Position numbers and translations under genes: made by a program. The notes beneath the pieces were generated by a model. That model did no database searches, was not told the origin of the DNA, and was given only the letters and a program-made list of their open reading frames with translations. Positions 13,201-28,200 of a stretch of 64,000 nucleotides of DNA are shown here, piece after piece. The stretch comes from Tubulanus polymorphus (taxonomy: Eukaryota; Animalia; Nemertea), in assembly GCF_964204645.1 (NCBI RefSeq), contig NC_134033.1, forward strand, positions 1,694,131 through 1,758,130. The letters run 5' to 3'. Position 1 is the stretch's first letter. The number at the start of each line of letters is the position of its first letter.

Positions 13201-16200
13201 ATATCCCCGAACGTTAACCCGGCGCCGCCACCGAACGTAAATCCAGCACCGCCTCCAAACACCGAGCTCGGTTTCTCAGGTGGTTTTTGAACTTGGTTGT
13301 TTTTAGTTAACTGTGTCGTCGCGGGAACGCCAGTAGAAGCAGACGGAGCGTCTGAGTTTGAAGAGGAGTCAGCTGGAAATTCAACGAAAATTCCTATCAA
13401 ACTTTCATTCAGTTTTTTTCTTTCCGCAAATTATTTTTATCACTTATCACAATATTAAACAAATTTCCAATATTTCAAGATATTTTACGATCATTTTAGT
13501 TCTATAACCAATCTAACAACTTAAGACCAGTCTCAGCTCATTTTGGTTCTATAACCAATCTAACAACTTCAGACCAGTCTAAGCTCATTTTAGTTCTATA
13601 ACCAATCTAACAACTTAAGACCAGTCTAAACTCATTTTGGTTCTATAACCAATCTAACAACTTAAGACCAGTCTAAACTCATTTTGGTTCTATAACCAAT
13701 CTAACAACTTAAGACCAGTCTAAACTCATTTTGGTTCTATAACCAATCTAACAACTTAAGACCAGTCTAAACTCATTTTGGTTCTATAACCAATCTAACA
13801 TTTTGAGACCAGTCCTAAGATTCAAAATCACTTGACAGTTAAGTCACAACTGCGCAACTAGGCCTCAGGGCTCTTATTGGATATGAAACAATTTTCGTAA
13901 TTCAAACCCAAGCGAAAAACAAGGGAACAGAATCAAGCCTCCGAGAGACGATCGAAATAATTCCGTACCTCGGAGAGCGATGTCAGCGAGTCGATCGTCG
14001 CAACCGGCACACCCCGGGCACGTGACCGCGTTCGTTTCGAACAGGTAGAAATTATCGGGGAGTTGGAATTTTCGGGCGCGTTCGACCTGTTCGGCAGACG
14101 CCTTCACTTCGCCGATGAACACGACGTCTTCGTCGCCTTCACCCGACCCTGAAAAACAACGAATAAAATTCTGATAAAAAAAAATCAGTTTTTCTTTCCG
14201 AGTATCAAAATTCTAAAAATGGGACCAATTTTCATTTCAAATGCGCTTCAATTCGTAACATTTACAACAAGAACATTAAATCATCAGTTCAAATATTCAA
14301 AGAATAATACTTTGAAACAGGGTGGCCATTTTGATTTCTATTTGACTTGCATTTCCCCCTGACTATTCCCCTATCATGTAAGTTGACTTGACCTGCTAAG
14401 AATCCAATCAATTAACAAAGTTAAGATATAGATAGAAACTGATTTTATGCACAATGTAACAACCTCAACACATTCCCCTGATTATTCCCTGACATATATA
14501 TTGTTTTCCCTGACTTGATCTGCTTAGAATCCAATCAATTAACACAGTCTATCACGTAAAACATAAGACGGAAACTCTTTAATTATACGTGATCTAGCAA
14601 TCTCAACAAATTTTCCCTGACTGCCCTGATTTTCAAGAAAAAACGTCAGATCCCCCTTGATTTCCCCTGCAATCTAACTTTCTCAACAAATTCTCTGATT
14701 TTTCAAAGAAAAGAGAATTTCCCCAACTTTCCCCACATTTACAGGCAAGTGGCGCCGCCCTATTGTAAAATCTCTTCGTAAACCTACCTGTCTTCGCAAC
14801 CGGTCGACTGGCATCGCGTAAAAGCGGACTCGTACCCGAAGGTCGCGTGGAGTCGGTCGTCGACGTCGGACTCGAGAAACGTCCGCCAAACGAGAATTTC
14901 GGCGACTGCGTCTGCGGTGCCGCCGTCTGCTGGCTGCTCGGCGATTTAAACGAAAATCCGGCCGGAACCGGCGATTTCGAAACGTCTGTCGTCGATTTGA
15001 ACAAAAATCCGTCTGCTCCGCTCGAGTCTTTCGCAACACCAGATGGCGCTTTAGAAACGTCGGGCGTAGATTTAACCGCGAATCCATCTGCTTTGTTTGA
15101 GTCTTTTTCAACAACAGGTGGCGCTACCGCCTCGCTTGGCGCTTTATTCGCGTCGAATGTCTTTTTGAATTCGTCGGCGAGTTCCTCCGTGCGGAACCGA
15201 ATGCAGAACGTCTCCGGTTTCAGTTCGGCGGGACCGGAGCCATCCTCCGAGTGATCGATGGCGCCCCATACCCACGCTCTACACGGCGTCTGAGTACCCA
15301 TCGGTGTCAGCTGCATTTCACGCGCCAAATTATGATTCAGGCAAACCTTGAAAATGTGATCGCGTCGCATGAGTACGCGGGCGCGATGCGGCGCGTCGCG
15401 ATGGCGCAGGATTTTCACGTCGCCGACGCCGCGTTCCTTCCACTCGCGCGCCACGTATCGGTAGAGTTTGGCGCGCGCGATGAACTCGACCGTTTCGTTC
15501 TCCTCGCCGGAGGTCTGTTCGACGCGTTCGAGACGCACGACCGGTTCGAAGTGGATGTGCGAATCATCCGCTTCCGAGTTCACGTAATATTCTCCGTCTG
15601 CTCCAGCGGCAGACGGCGACTTCGACGTCAAATCGAGTGGTTGATTAGTCGTCTTCGCCGGCGTGCTGACGCCATCTTGTTTTTTACTCATCGAGAATTG
15701 GAATGAATTATTGGTGGCCGCCGCGTCGCCGAACGTAAATCCTCCAGACGCCGCTCCTCCAGCTCCGACACCGAACGGCGAACTCGCGCCGAACGAAAAT
15801 CCCTTTTTCTCCGTCGCGGTCGAGTCCGGCGTCGAAACCGTTTTATCGCCGAATTTATACGAAGACGCAGCCGCGCCGGCGCCAAATTTAAATCCGGAAC
15901 CGCCTGCGTCCGATTTCGTAGTTGAACTGACAGCGCCCCCTGCGGGTTTCGCAGATGTACAAGCGACGCAGGAAGTCGTGTTCGGTTTATTCCGCACGTA
16001 GCACATGCCACAATCCCATTCTCCGGGCTTCGCTTTGAAACGATCGGCTATCGATCCGGAATTCGCGCCGCTGGCGCCATCTACGGCATCGGCGGTAGTT
16101 GAATCGGGTGGCACGGCTACTGGCGCCGCGCCAACGTTCACAGCCGGATCGGCCATCGGTACGAATTTAAACCCACCGCTCGCGGCAGGTGGTAGAGCAT

Positions 16201-19200
16201 TCTCTTTATCTGCGCCGCCGAAGGCAAAACCAGTCGCGGGTGGTAGGGTGCTTCCTTTAGGAGTATCCTTCGCAGCTGAATCGCCAGATTTGGCGCCGCC
16301 AAATTGAAAACCAGTCGCCGGTGGCAGATTGCTTTTGCTGGACGCGAAGACATTGGCGCCGCCGATTTGAAAACCGGCCGGGGATTGATTTTTCACGGTC
16401 TCCGTCGCCGTATCGCTAGATGGCGTCGAAGCGGCGCCGCCGTCGAATATAAACCCACCAGAACCGAACGCGAAACCGCCTACGCTCGGAGCCGATTTCG
16501 GTTTCTCTTCCACCGCACCCGGTTTCATCGATAAACAAGCCACGCATTTATTGACGTCTGCTTTATTTCGAACGTAGCACCCGTCGCAATCCCATTCACC
16601 TTCACGAGCTTTAAACAGTTCCGCCAACGATCCTCCACTCGGCGCAGGGACCGCTTTAGACGACGGCGGCGGTGGTGGCGCCGACGGTTTTTCGGCGGCC
16701 GTTTTCTTCGCGGCGACCGCCTCTTCGAAAACGACCTTGAACCGATCGGCAATATCCTCGTTCTGGAAACGCACGGCGAATTTCTCCATCTGCGCGACCT
16801 CGTCGGTGAAATCCGACGCCATCCAACAGAAACACGTTTTCTTCGCGGCGAACGGCAACAGTTTCATGTCGGCGGTGATGGCGTGGTTGGCGCACACTTT
16901 CAGCACCTGCTCGCGCCGCATGACCAATCGGCGCGACGCGTCGTCGTCGTTGTGGCGCAGTATTTTCAACTCGCCGACGCCGCGCTCCTTCCACTGTTTC
17001 GTCTCCGGGTCGTAGCGGAACAGTTTGGCGCGTTCGCCGAACAGCTTCGTTTCGTTCTCCTCGCCGGTCTCCACGGCGACCAGGTCGGGCAGCGGTATCA
17101 CCGGCTTGAAGTCGACGTTCGGCTCGTACTGGTCGGGATGGTCGCCGGAGTCCGACGTCCCGCTTTTATTCAAACCCGGCGACGCGGCCGACTTCACCTC
17201 CTGGAATCCGATGTATTCTTTAGTGTGCTGCAACGATGGTTTACACGGTGACGCGGTACCGCCACCGCCGGGCGGCGACGCCACGTTCCCGAAAACGGGC
17301 GCTGTTTCGTTCGACTTACCCATACCGAAACTGAATCCGGAAAACGGTTTCGCAGTTTTCTCCGTCGAGTCGGGAACTTTTTTGACAACTTCTATTTTCG
17401 GACGTTCCGCCGGCGTATCCGCTTTCACGACTGGCGCGCCGGAGAACGAAAATCCACCGATCGTATGTTTGGTATCATCTCTCGATGGCGTCGAATTCTG
17501 ATCAGTTTTGGCGGCGGTCGCAGCCGTAGCAAACGCCTGCAAAGTCGAACTAGCCGATTTTTGACCTCCGAATAAAGTTTGCGGCGTCGTCGTCTGCGCC
17601 GTGGTGTTGGCGCTGCCGAAAACCACTGGCGTGGCAGGCGATCCAGCAAATGATGATTGCGCGGTTACTGAACTAGTACCGAACGTCGGCGCTGCAATAG
17701 TGGAGCCGAATGCAGCTGCTGATGCGGTCGTGCTGGTGCCGAAAGATGGAGCAACGTTACCGAAAACTGGCGCAGAAGTCGAATTAGTACCCGCAGATGG
17801 CGCAGCAGCAGGAGAGCTAAACGGCGCAGGTGCAACACCTGCACCGAAGGCGGTGCCAAATTTCGGCGTTTGAACATTCGGCGCCGATGAACTTACTTTC
17901 GTTGATTGTTGAATCGGCACGTTGACGGACGGTTGTTGCGCGGCATAAACCGGCGTACCCATCTTAGACGCGACGAACGATGATAGATTCTGATTGGAGA
18001 CGGCGGTTTTGTCCATCTGCTGCTGCTGCTGCTGCGAGGAGTTAGCAGACGTTAATCTGTCGCTGTTGACGACGGTCGCGTTTGGCGGAGGAGCAGACGT
18101 AGCTGGAGCAGACGATGCAGCGGCAGACGTACCCATCGTTAATGATCCACCAGCCGGCGGCGCCGCGCCGAATAATCCTTGACGCTGCGCGGCCTGATTC
18201 GGATTCGTAAAGAACCCGGGACCGGGTATGGCGCGGTGCGACGGCGCGGGTTGCACCGGCGCGCCGTGTGGCGCGTACGTCACGGTAGATTTACCCTCGA
18301 GTCCCGATACGTTCCCGTACGGCCATTCCTGCACCAAATCGTTATCATCGACGAAATCGCCGAACTCAGCGTCTTCGTAGTCATCGACGCCACCGACGGA
18401 TTCAGTACCGACGCCACCCACTGCGGCGTAGTGGCGCTGCTGTTGCTGCTGCAAATCTTCTAATTTCATGCTGTTTGCCGCTTGGTGCAACGCGCCGTAT
18501 TGCTGCGCCATCTGGTGAGGCGACGGCGTATACCGATACGGCGATTGAATCAATGCTTGCGCGGCGGCGTGTGGCGCCTGTTGGCGCGCGAAATAATCGG
18601 CGTAGTACCCGGGATGCGATAGCGCCGCGGCCGGTGAATACGTCAACAACTGGTGCGTTACGTCCACTTGACCTTTCATCACCTCCACCTGACCTTTCAG
18701 ATGGTGGAACTGCGCGGTAAGGTCGCCGAGCAGACGCTCGACGCGGTCCATCTGAGTCGTCTGCGTCGTTTGATTGGCGCCGAGCGATCGTTTCAATTCG
18801 TCGACCGACGCGACGCACGACGTCACCTTGCGACCGAGGTCGTCCATGCCGACGACGCTCGCCTCGACTCGTTTGTCGAGAACGTCTTGGCGACGCGCCA
18901 GGAAGTTCAACTGAGCGTCTAAACGTTGCGGACTCGGTTGAACGTGATACGAATGCTGTAATAGAACGTTAAAAAAGATTTTTGGAAATTTTTTTTTTTT
19001 TCGTCTTAAAAATTATTTTCGACTTCAATAAAACACAAATTCTCAAATTGACACATTTATGCATGACTACTACATTATCCCCCTGCAACATTAAATTGAC
19101 CTAAGCCCTTCGAACAAATCCTCTATGATATCATTTAATTGAAACCTAGCCCTTTAAAAATACTTACTCCCACTTTGCATAAATCCCAATATGACTTTTT

Positions 19201-22200
19201 TATCAAATATCAAATTTCTTGCCGATATAACATGTAAAACCCACATCCAGACTTCCTAAAAACATGGCTGCCTACATTATTACCCCATGACAAATTTGAC
19301 CCCATCGTCAAATTAGGCAGAAGTTTTTTAAATAGCGAAAGATGGTGGCTACATTAATCCCTTACGCTATCATCTTATGTATATTATCCTAGAGAATATT
19401 TTCAATCAAAAAATCCCCCAATGATGTCATCAAGTTTCCCAGATATTACTAGAAAAGATAATTCCCTCTACGATTACATCAAATAGTTTACTAATGATTT
19501 GAAGTCCCCTCCGCAAGTCGGTTTCCTCCGTAAATCCCCCTATGACATCATCAAATTACCTAGTCATCAATCTAAAAACACTTAAAGATGGCTAGCCCTG
19601 TAAATCCCCCTATGACATCATCAAATTACCTAGTCATCCATTAACACTTCCCCTTAAGATGGCTGCCCCTGTAAATCCCCCTATGACATCATCAAATTAC
19701 CTCGTCATCAATCTACAAACACTTAAAGATGGCTGCCCCTGTAAATCCACCTATGACATCATCAAATTGCCGAGTCATCATTCCACAAAGACTTCCCCTT
19801 AAGATGGCCGCCCGTGTAAACCCCTATGACATCATCATCGAGTACTTACGCTAGGTGCAGGTAGATTGTCGTCTAGCACCGAACTATCGAGCGTTCCGTT
19901 GCGTCTGCTAGTCGGAGTTCCAATCGCTCCATTGCGTCTGCCGCTCGTCGGAGTTCCTTCCACCAGCAGCTGAGCGCTCGATTCGAGGATACTATTCATC
20001 GTCCGTCTGCCGTCTCCACGTTCCGGACCGTTTCTCGGCATGAACGGCGTACTGCTGCCGATCACGTGACCGTTCTTTAATCCGCGCCCCGGTGTCGACG
20101 GTAAACCCTAATACGTAGACGACGGATTGTCAGTTTTTTTCCCGAAACGTTTCCGAGATTTTTTTATCGAAAAAATATTTTCACGCTACTCACCAATAAT
20201 GAAGGCTGATGCAGCGTCAAATTCACAAAACTATCGTCGTCGATATCTGAAAAACCGTTATTTTCAAAATTTCAATCGCAACAAGCAAATCGGTTATCTT
20301 CAATGAAATTTGAAGTTTCAAATTCAGCCATTATTTCATCTTAAAAATTAAACAATCACCTTCGTTTTGATCGAGAGCGACTATTTTAGCATCGATGCTG
20401 TCTAATGCCGGTCCGATTATCTGGTGGTACTCCTGCAAAGACAAAAATTCATCAGAATTCAAGACGGCCTCCACAGGAGCTAGGTCGGACATTTTCCCGT
20501 TGTCCCAACGTGTCCGACTGTTTAACATTTCACATTGCCTATTTCTCAAACTTGAAGGAATTTCGAAGGAGTTTCGGGCTTTTTGCTCGAATTAAAGGAG
20601 TTTCGAGCACCTTTAGAATCTAGCTACTAGGATTATTTTCCAGTGAAAATTTCCAAAGGAAATCAAAGAAGTTTTTCGTAACTGTAGAATTCAGTGTCTT
20701 GATTGGGAGTCAAATTAAACCCACATTACTGTGGAACTAGTCTTCCGCAGTTTAAGTCCCGTCCGTCGAAATTTTTTTCAGAAAATGATTTCGATAATCG
20801 ACTTACATGATTTTTCTGTGAGCGGATTCTATCGAGGGTCAGGTACAGCGAATCACGCGCCTTCGTCAACAACGCCAGACAAACTTGTCTACGACTGTCG
20901 GACAGCGCGCCGGAATTCAACTCTATTTCGGCGAGACGTTCGTACAGCTGAAACACGAAAATAACAAACACGCGTAAATAACTTCCGTAGCACGTAGATA
21001 AAACAGCCTCCTCACAATTCAAGCATTCCAAGATATAAGGCCAATGGAGTTTTTAAGGAATTTTAAAGGAGAAAATTTCTAATTTCGAGGAAGCGTCTGC
21101 ATCACTTTTATATCTCAATTACAGTAGACTCCTCCTAAATCGGTACTGTTTATCTCAGTAAACCATTAATTCATTGGTTTTTTAGTGAGAAAATTTGTAT
21201 CCTTTATACGACTAAACTCAATTTCTAATTCAGTAACCGCCTAATTGGGTAAAAAAATTCCTGGTCCCGCTATCAATTTAGGCGTAGTCTAATGTTTATC
21301 TAATCAACTAATTAACGAATGTTTGCTTATTATAACACTAGTCTCTTAGACATGTCATATAAACCTATTCAATAATTGAAGGAGTTTGAAAGGAATTTCT
21401 GACATTTTGCCCAAATAAAAAGAGTTTCAAGCACGTTTAAAAGCATTTTCTGTTCAGAATGATTTTCTAAGGTATCAAGGAGTTGTACTGGACCCTGTAA
21501 ATAAGAATTCGTACCTGAGCTTGGTGAAAAGCAGCCTCGGGCAAGGCGATATCCGCGAACGCTTTTATAGCCTGTTCGAATTTGCCGGCGTGCATCGCGT
21601 CCATCGCGAGGAACAGTCGGCCATGTTGGATGTGCAACTCGACTTCCGGTTCGGTCAACTGTTCGTCGGTGACGAACCATCGTTCTTTCGGGTGATGAAT
21701 CCGACGACCTCTGAAATACCAGTACTGACATAATTTCGATATTCTTGGAGCCACCCGCTACAGAAAAGATGGCTCCGAATGCTGTAATTCGAATACAGGG
21801 CGCAGGCCATTTTTATTTGTTTATTCTCTGACAATTACGTTGTTCACCCTGACTTGATCTGCCAAGAATCGAATCAATTAATACAAATATGTAAGACATA
21901 GACGGAAACTGATTGATTTCACGCGCGATCTATCTAACCATATTTCCCCGACTATTCCCTGACATGCGCATTGTCTTCCCTGACTTGATCAGCTAAGAAT
22001 CCGATCAATTAACACAGTCAAATACGTAAGACATAGTTTGATTCTATGCATGATCCAGATATCTCAACCAATTTCCTTGATTTTCAATTTTTAAAAACAA
22101 AATTCCTCGACTAGTGAAGAAAATTCCCTGATTTTCCCCTTATTACCGGGTTAGTGGCCGCCCTGCGACCAGCTAGAGAAAGGATAACGCGATCTCATAC

Positions 22201-25200
22201 ACTCAACAACGAACGCGGCCCTTTCTAAAATCCCAGCACACGAAGAACGCCGAAAGACTTACTTTTGTATTTTCGTCAGTTGTTCAAGAGCTTTTTTCCA
22301 GTAATGTTTCGCTACGGTCTGCAACGTGGCCACCGTCTCCGGTAATTCCGCGTTACTGCTATCCATCGTCTCGATCAACTTTTCAGCCTGGAAACAACAT
22401 TCCAACATTTATGACGTCAGGAAAACAGAAATTTGCCGATACTTCCATTACCCCTGACCACATAAATGACCAGATATTCCCCCCCCCCCCCCAAAAAATT
22501 TCTTTTCAAATTTCAATAGCTTTTCAAAAAACTCCTTTCCAAAACTTTGCAATACTTTCAAAAGCGCATGAAAGCTCTGTTTTGATAGCGGTTTTTAGCG
22601 TCATTTTATCTCAACTTACGCGATTCTGGAAATTGCGCGCTAAATGCACGATCAACGGAGCGTCGACTCCGTGCAGGTCGCCGTGGATACGAATAGCCTC
22701 TAAACCGTGTTGTATGAATAACCTCATCTTCGCGACGTTATCACTGAAAAATAGATAGAAAATGATTTCTTATAAGACGTTTTTGAATTAAGTCCAGAGT
22801 GACAGGGTTTTTGTCTGATCTGAGACTATAAAATTGCCCGACGCTTTACCACAATTGCCTGATTAAATCATAAGATATCCTCAGTGAGGACTGTTTCTTA
22901 TCAAGAGGTTCCTCGTGTCACTCATCACCAGCAAGAACAACAAGACACCAAAAATTCAAATTCCCTGATTAAATTATATGATATCCTCAGTGAGGGCTGT
23001 TTCTTATCAAGAGGTTCATTGTGTCACTCGTCACCAGCAAGAACAACAAGACACCAAAAATTCAAATTCCCTGATTAAATTATATGATATCCTCAGTGAG
23101 GGCTGTTTCTTATCAAGAGGTTCCTTGTGTCACTCGTCACCAGCAAGAACAACAAGACACCAAAAATTCAAATTCCCTGATTAAATTATAAGATATCCTC
23201 AGTGAGGGCTGTTTCTTATCAAGAGGTTCCTCGTGTCACTCGTCACCAGCAAGAACAACAAGACACCAAATATTCAAATTCCCTGATTAAATTATAAGAT
23301 ATCCTCAGTGAGGGCTGTTTCTTATTAAGAGGTTCCTCGTGTTACTCGTCACCAGCAAGAATAACACCTAAAATTCAAATTCCCTGATTTTCAGGAAAAA
23401 TGTCAGAATTCCCTGATTTCTGTAAGAACCCTGATTAACCTAAGAATCGTATCTTAATAAAAATTCTAAATGAACAAAAACTTACAATTGAGTATTAGTA
23501 TAGAATCTGTAAACCGTTTTCCACCATTCCGTCTGCTGAGAGGTGCAGACGGGTTCGCTGAGTAGAACCGGCAGCAGACGCGGTTTATCCGAACTCGGTT
23601 TAACGACGCGTTCGCGCTCGGCGATTCTCAACGCGCTGCACCGTACGACCGCTTGTAAAAACGCGTCCGTGTCCGATCGGCTGAGCGTCTGCGCTCCGCA
23701 CGAGTCAAGGTCGTCAGTAGACGCGAATGATGATTGTTGCATATCGGTGAATATTTGGAATTCATCTACGAAATGAGAAAATTCAAATATTACAACCTTA
23801 ATAAAAATTGGAAAAAAATGATTTGTCATTCAATTACGGTCTGATAACCCTAATCCTAACCCTTTATTTTAATCAGAAAATACCCAAAAGACTTTAGATT
23901 TCTTTTCCTTAGAAAAGTCAAAGAGGACCCAGATATCTCGAGTTTCTAAGACAAATGTTCAGATAATTTCATTTCCTTAGAATATTCAAGAGACCTAGAT
24001 GTCTTAAGTTCATTTTGCTATTAATTCAGAAAATTCAGAAGAGACCAAGATATTCTAAGTATCCTTTGAACAAGATTCTTTCAGATATTTCCAAAGTTTC
24101 ATTGACTTAAAATTCCTGTTATCATAATACTTACAGTCGGGTTGAACGTTCATTTTGGAATTGTAATACTGTAATGCGATCCATACTAAATGTTGTAAGC
24201 TGTCTTTACGCGTCAGATGAGCGGCTATTACAAAACAGAAACAATAAATAGACTTCAGTAACCCTCTTCAACTTAATAGAAAACCCCACTAACCCCTCGT
24301 AAAACCCCCTCACAAAGCAGACCCCCTCACCATCACCAACCCTGTTCCTTGCACTGTCAATATTCTCACACCCAGCCCAACTCAAGCAAAGTTTAGCTTT
24401 TACAAAGTAAAAACTACTCTCAAATAGTGGTCATGCTAGTCAGATGTGCACCCCACTCACTGACCCTCACTGAACCCACTCACTACCCCTCACCATTCAG
24501 AGAATCATCACTCTTTTCACTCTCTACCCCTTACTGAACCCACTCACTACTCCCTCACCATTCAGAGAGTTATCACTCATTTCATTCACTACCCCTCACT
24601 GAACCCACTCACTACCCCCTCACACTGTTCCAATACTCACTGTTATCGTATTTAGTGAGTTGTTCTAATGTAGGATATTGTGGTTTATAATCAGTTAACT
24701 GCGAACAACTCGTAATAAACGATCGATTCGAATAATTCTTCATGTTCGGAGCCGGAAATAAACACTGGTACAAACGACTGCGACCCTGCAAACAATAATA
24801 TCATCTCTTATCTAACAAGAAAAACTCTTCCATTTTTTCCAATTGATTTTTTGAAAATGTCTTTTCCTTAAATTTCCAAATCAACACCACTCTTCGATAG
24901 ATTTTTGAAAATATCTTTCGTCTTAAGTTCAAATCAAATCAAATCAACGGTACTCACTTGTTTTGTGGAGTATATGCCCTTGATTTTGGACATCCAAGAT
25001 TCGCTGTCCCCTAGACACAGTTGTCGTAGTAAATGCCCTGAAATAAATTTTTCATTTCTGAGTTTCAAGATCCCCAATTTTGTTTCAAACAGCTTCATTA
25101 TTACTCGTCTATTCAATAGCTTTTACATACCCACTCCCAGCAAGCTTTATAGTTTCTAGATCGCCAATTTTGTGTGAAATATCTTCAATATTACTTGTCT

Positions 25201-28200
25201 ATTCAATAGCCTTTACATACCCGCTTCCAGCAAGCTTTAGTTTCTAGATCCCCATTTTCGCTAAACAGTTTCTAAATCCCCATTCTATATCAAAGACAAT
25301 TTCTAAATACCGATGTAAATTTCACGAGACACAAGTGACACATTTACTTCCAGTTTCAGAATCCCCATTTTATCACTCAGGTATTTAATGGTTAGAACCT
25401 GAATTAAACATCCCCGTTCAATTTGGTTTTTATCTAAACATATTTTCAGCTTCAGATAAAGATCCAGTTTCCTAATTTACTTTCCCCGTTAATTTTCCAA
25501 CTTACTGACTTGATTCAAGCGCAACGCCGCCGATTTGTACCAGTGCATGTACATCGTCTTGGAGTCTTCGGGCGTCGTTTGGAACCACGCCCTCTCGATA
25601 TCGGGCAGATCGATGCCGTAACTAACCAGGTAACAGCCGGCCGCATGGCTCGTAGCCGTCTGCCAGTTCAACTGTCGCTGAAATTCAAATTTCAACGAAT
25701 TCGAAACGAACGCGATTTTCGGAAAGATTTGGAAATAGCTTTAGTTGGAATAGTGTCCGTCTGCCAGGGTCCAGTTCCACAGTTCGGAGTTAAGATTTGA
25801 CCCTGAGTTAACTCATTGAAAATGAACTAATATTAACTCAGAGTTAACTCTAACTCACAACTGTGGAACTGGGTCCAGGAGTTTAACTGTCAAATACTAG
25901 CCAATCTTATTTCGAATTTAAAATGACCATAAACACTTTTGACTTTCCCCCCGACTATTCCCTGACTTGATCTGCGAAGAATCCAATTAATTAACACAGC
26001 CAAATACACGTAAGACATAAGGCTGAAACTGTTTGATTATATGCACGATCTACCAATATCCCTGGTCTCGCCAAGCTTTTTTTCTTTAAAAAATTCCCTG
26101 AGAATTCCATAATTTTTTTTAATCAAGAAAAGTCCTGATTTTAATAAACTGTGATGTACCCAAAATGAGACGGACGAGCTTGTAATGATAACGAACCTTC
26201 TGAGCTTTATGAAAGCAGAGCGTGCCGGCTAGGTAGAAATACTGAGCGATCATCTCTTGCAGTAAAACAGGCCACGCGGCGCTGTCCGATTTCACTTCGA
26301 CAACGCTCATTAAATACTGATCTAATCTACAAAACAAACAACGAATCTATCATTCAACAGGGTTCGCAACATTCTCTCAATTATCTATTTTCTTGAGGCG
26401 GTCGACATCTACGCTAATCTTTTGATTTTTTTCGAAGTTAATTTCCATTGAAAATTGTCAGACAACCGATGACGCTGATGCCATAAGAATACTTATGGAG
26501 GCAGACATCTTTTGTGGAGGGATTTATAATCAAATCACTGGACAATTTGATGATGTCATAGGGGGATTTATGGAGGCAGACGTCTTTTCTAGAAGTGTCT
26601 ATAGAACAAATCACTAGTAGACAGTTTGATGATGTCATAGGGGGATTTATGAAGGCAGACGTCTTTTCTAGAAGTGTCTGTAGGTGAAATCACTGGACAA
26701 TTTGATGTGGTCATAGGGGGATTTATGGAGGCAGACATCTTTTCTAGAAGTGCCTATAGATGAAATCACTGGACAATTTGATGATGTCATAGTGGGATTT
26801 ATGGAGGCAGACGTCTTTTCTAGAAGTGTCTATAGATGAAATCACTGGATAATTTGATGATGTCATAGGGGGATTTCTATAAGCAGACATCTTTAGTAGA
26901 AGGGTTTATAGATGAAATCGATTGACAACATGATGATGTCATAAGGTGATTTACGGAGAGTAGAGACCGACTTACTTGAACAAGACGTCCGAACAATCAG
27001 CCGGACCTTTAGATTGTAACGTACACGCCAGCTGACAGTTCAACGCGTGCAGGAAATTCAAATGGAAATCGGTGTCGATCGTCAAACCAGATTCATCTTT
27101 ATAAACCTGTAAAATCAAGTATTTACGTCGAGGTGCAATAATGCGGGTGGTTACCGATCGCGATCTGGAGATAGATTAAAATCATTCAACTCCAATACAG
27201 CGTGTGCGTAAATTCTCAGTTCCGCCGTACCTGGCTTTGAAAGGGGATCGAAATATTTCGACCGACATTTTTCTCGAAATAATCACGATATTTCTCATAT
27301 TTTCAGGTACAAAGCCGATAATTACTGATCACAATTTGGACGGATAAGAATAATCTCATTTACTTCTCATAGGGGATCGAAATACTTTTGCGGACACTAT
27401 ACTTTTTACTTAAAAGATTTATTCAGATTTTCTCATTACTATTCACATTTTTTCAAGCAGACATAATTTTTTTCACAATTTCTTAAATCAATCAAACTCC
27501 TCAAACCCACCGAGGAGTGGGCTGTCTAATTCGCATAATAATAATGATGTGTCTTAGAGCGCTAAATCCAGCAAAGCTGTTCAGAGCATCTAACTTTCCA
27601 GTATCATTACCCCTAGCCTATAAACTCTAACCATTTATCAGTCATCTCTCCCTGGGGAGATGTAACATCCGAGCAGCTGCTAGGGGCTCAGAAGTGTCTA
27701 TCAGGGCAGGTACCCATTTACTCCTGGGGCCGGTTCCATAGTCGAGACTTAAGTCCAAAAGTGGTCTTAAATCTCAAGACTGGTCTTAAGCTGTTAGATT
27801 AGCTATAGAACTAAAAGAGTCTTAGACTAGTCTTAAGTCTAAGTCACGACTATGGAACCGGCCCCTGGGTGGAGAGGCAATTAGGATTAATATCTCGCCC
27901 GGGGACACTACGGTAATGTGAGGGTTCGAACCCACGACCTGGCTACCCTAAGTCGAACTCTCAGTCCAGACCGTGGCCATATTTCGGTTCTCCGTCAGAA
28001 ATTCTTACCTCGAATATTTCGACGAGCGATTGATACCAGTGTAAACTGTCGGGATACGCGGCTGTTTTCTCACAATCTAACGCATGCGCGTAGGCCTTCG
28101 CGTACTGCTCCGAGTGGATGAACAATTTCAACAGTTTCACGCGCATGTTCACGTCGCGCGGGTCTTTCACCAACACGTTGCTTAGCAACTCCAACAGTTC

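Noticed and set aside
14683-18922. Many short overlapping ORFs within the RanBP2 large exon
   Set aside because: Shadows of GC-rich coding sequence with no independent signals.
11618-23388. Regular repeats resembling CRISPR arrays
   Set aside because: Units are contiguous tandem copies without unique spacers, there are no cas genes, and the context is eukaryotic introns.
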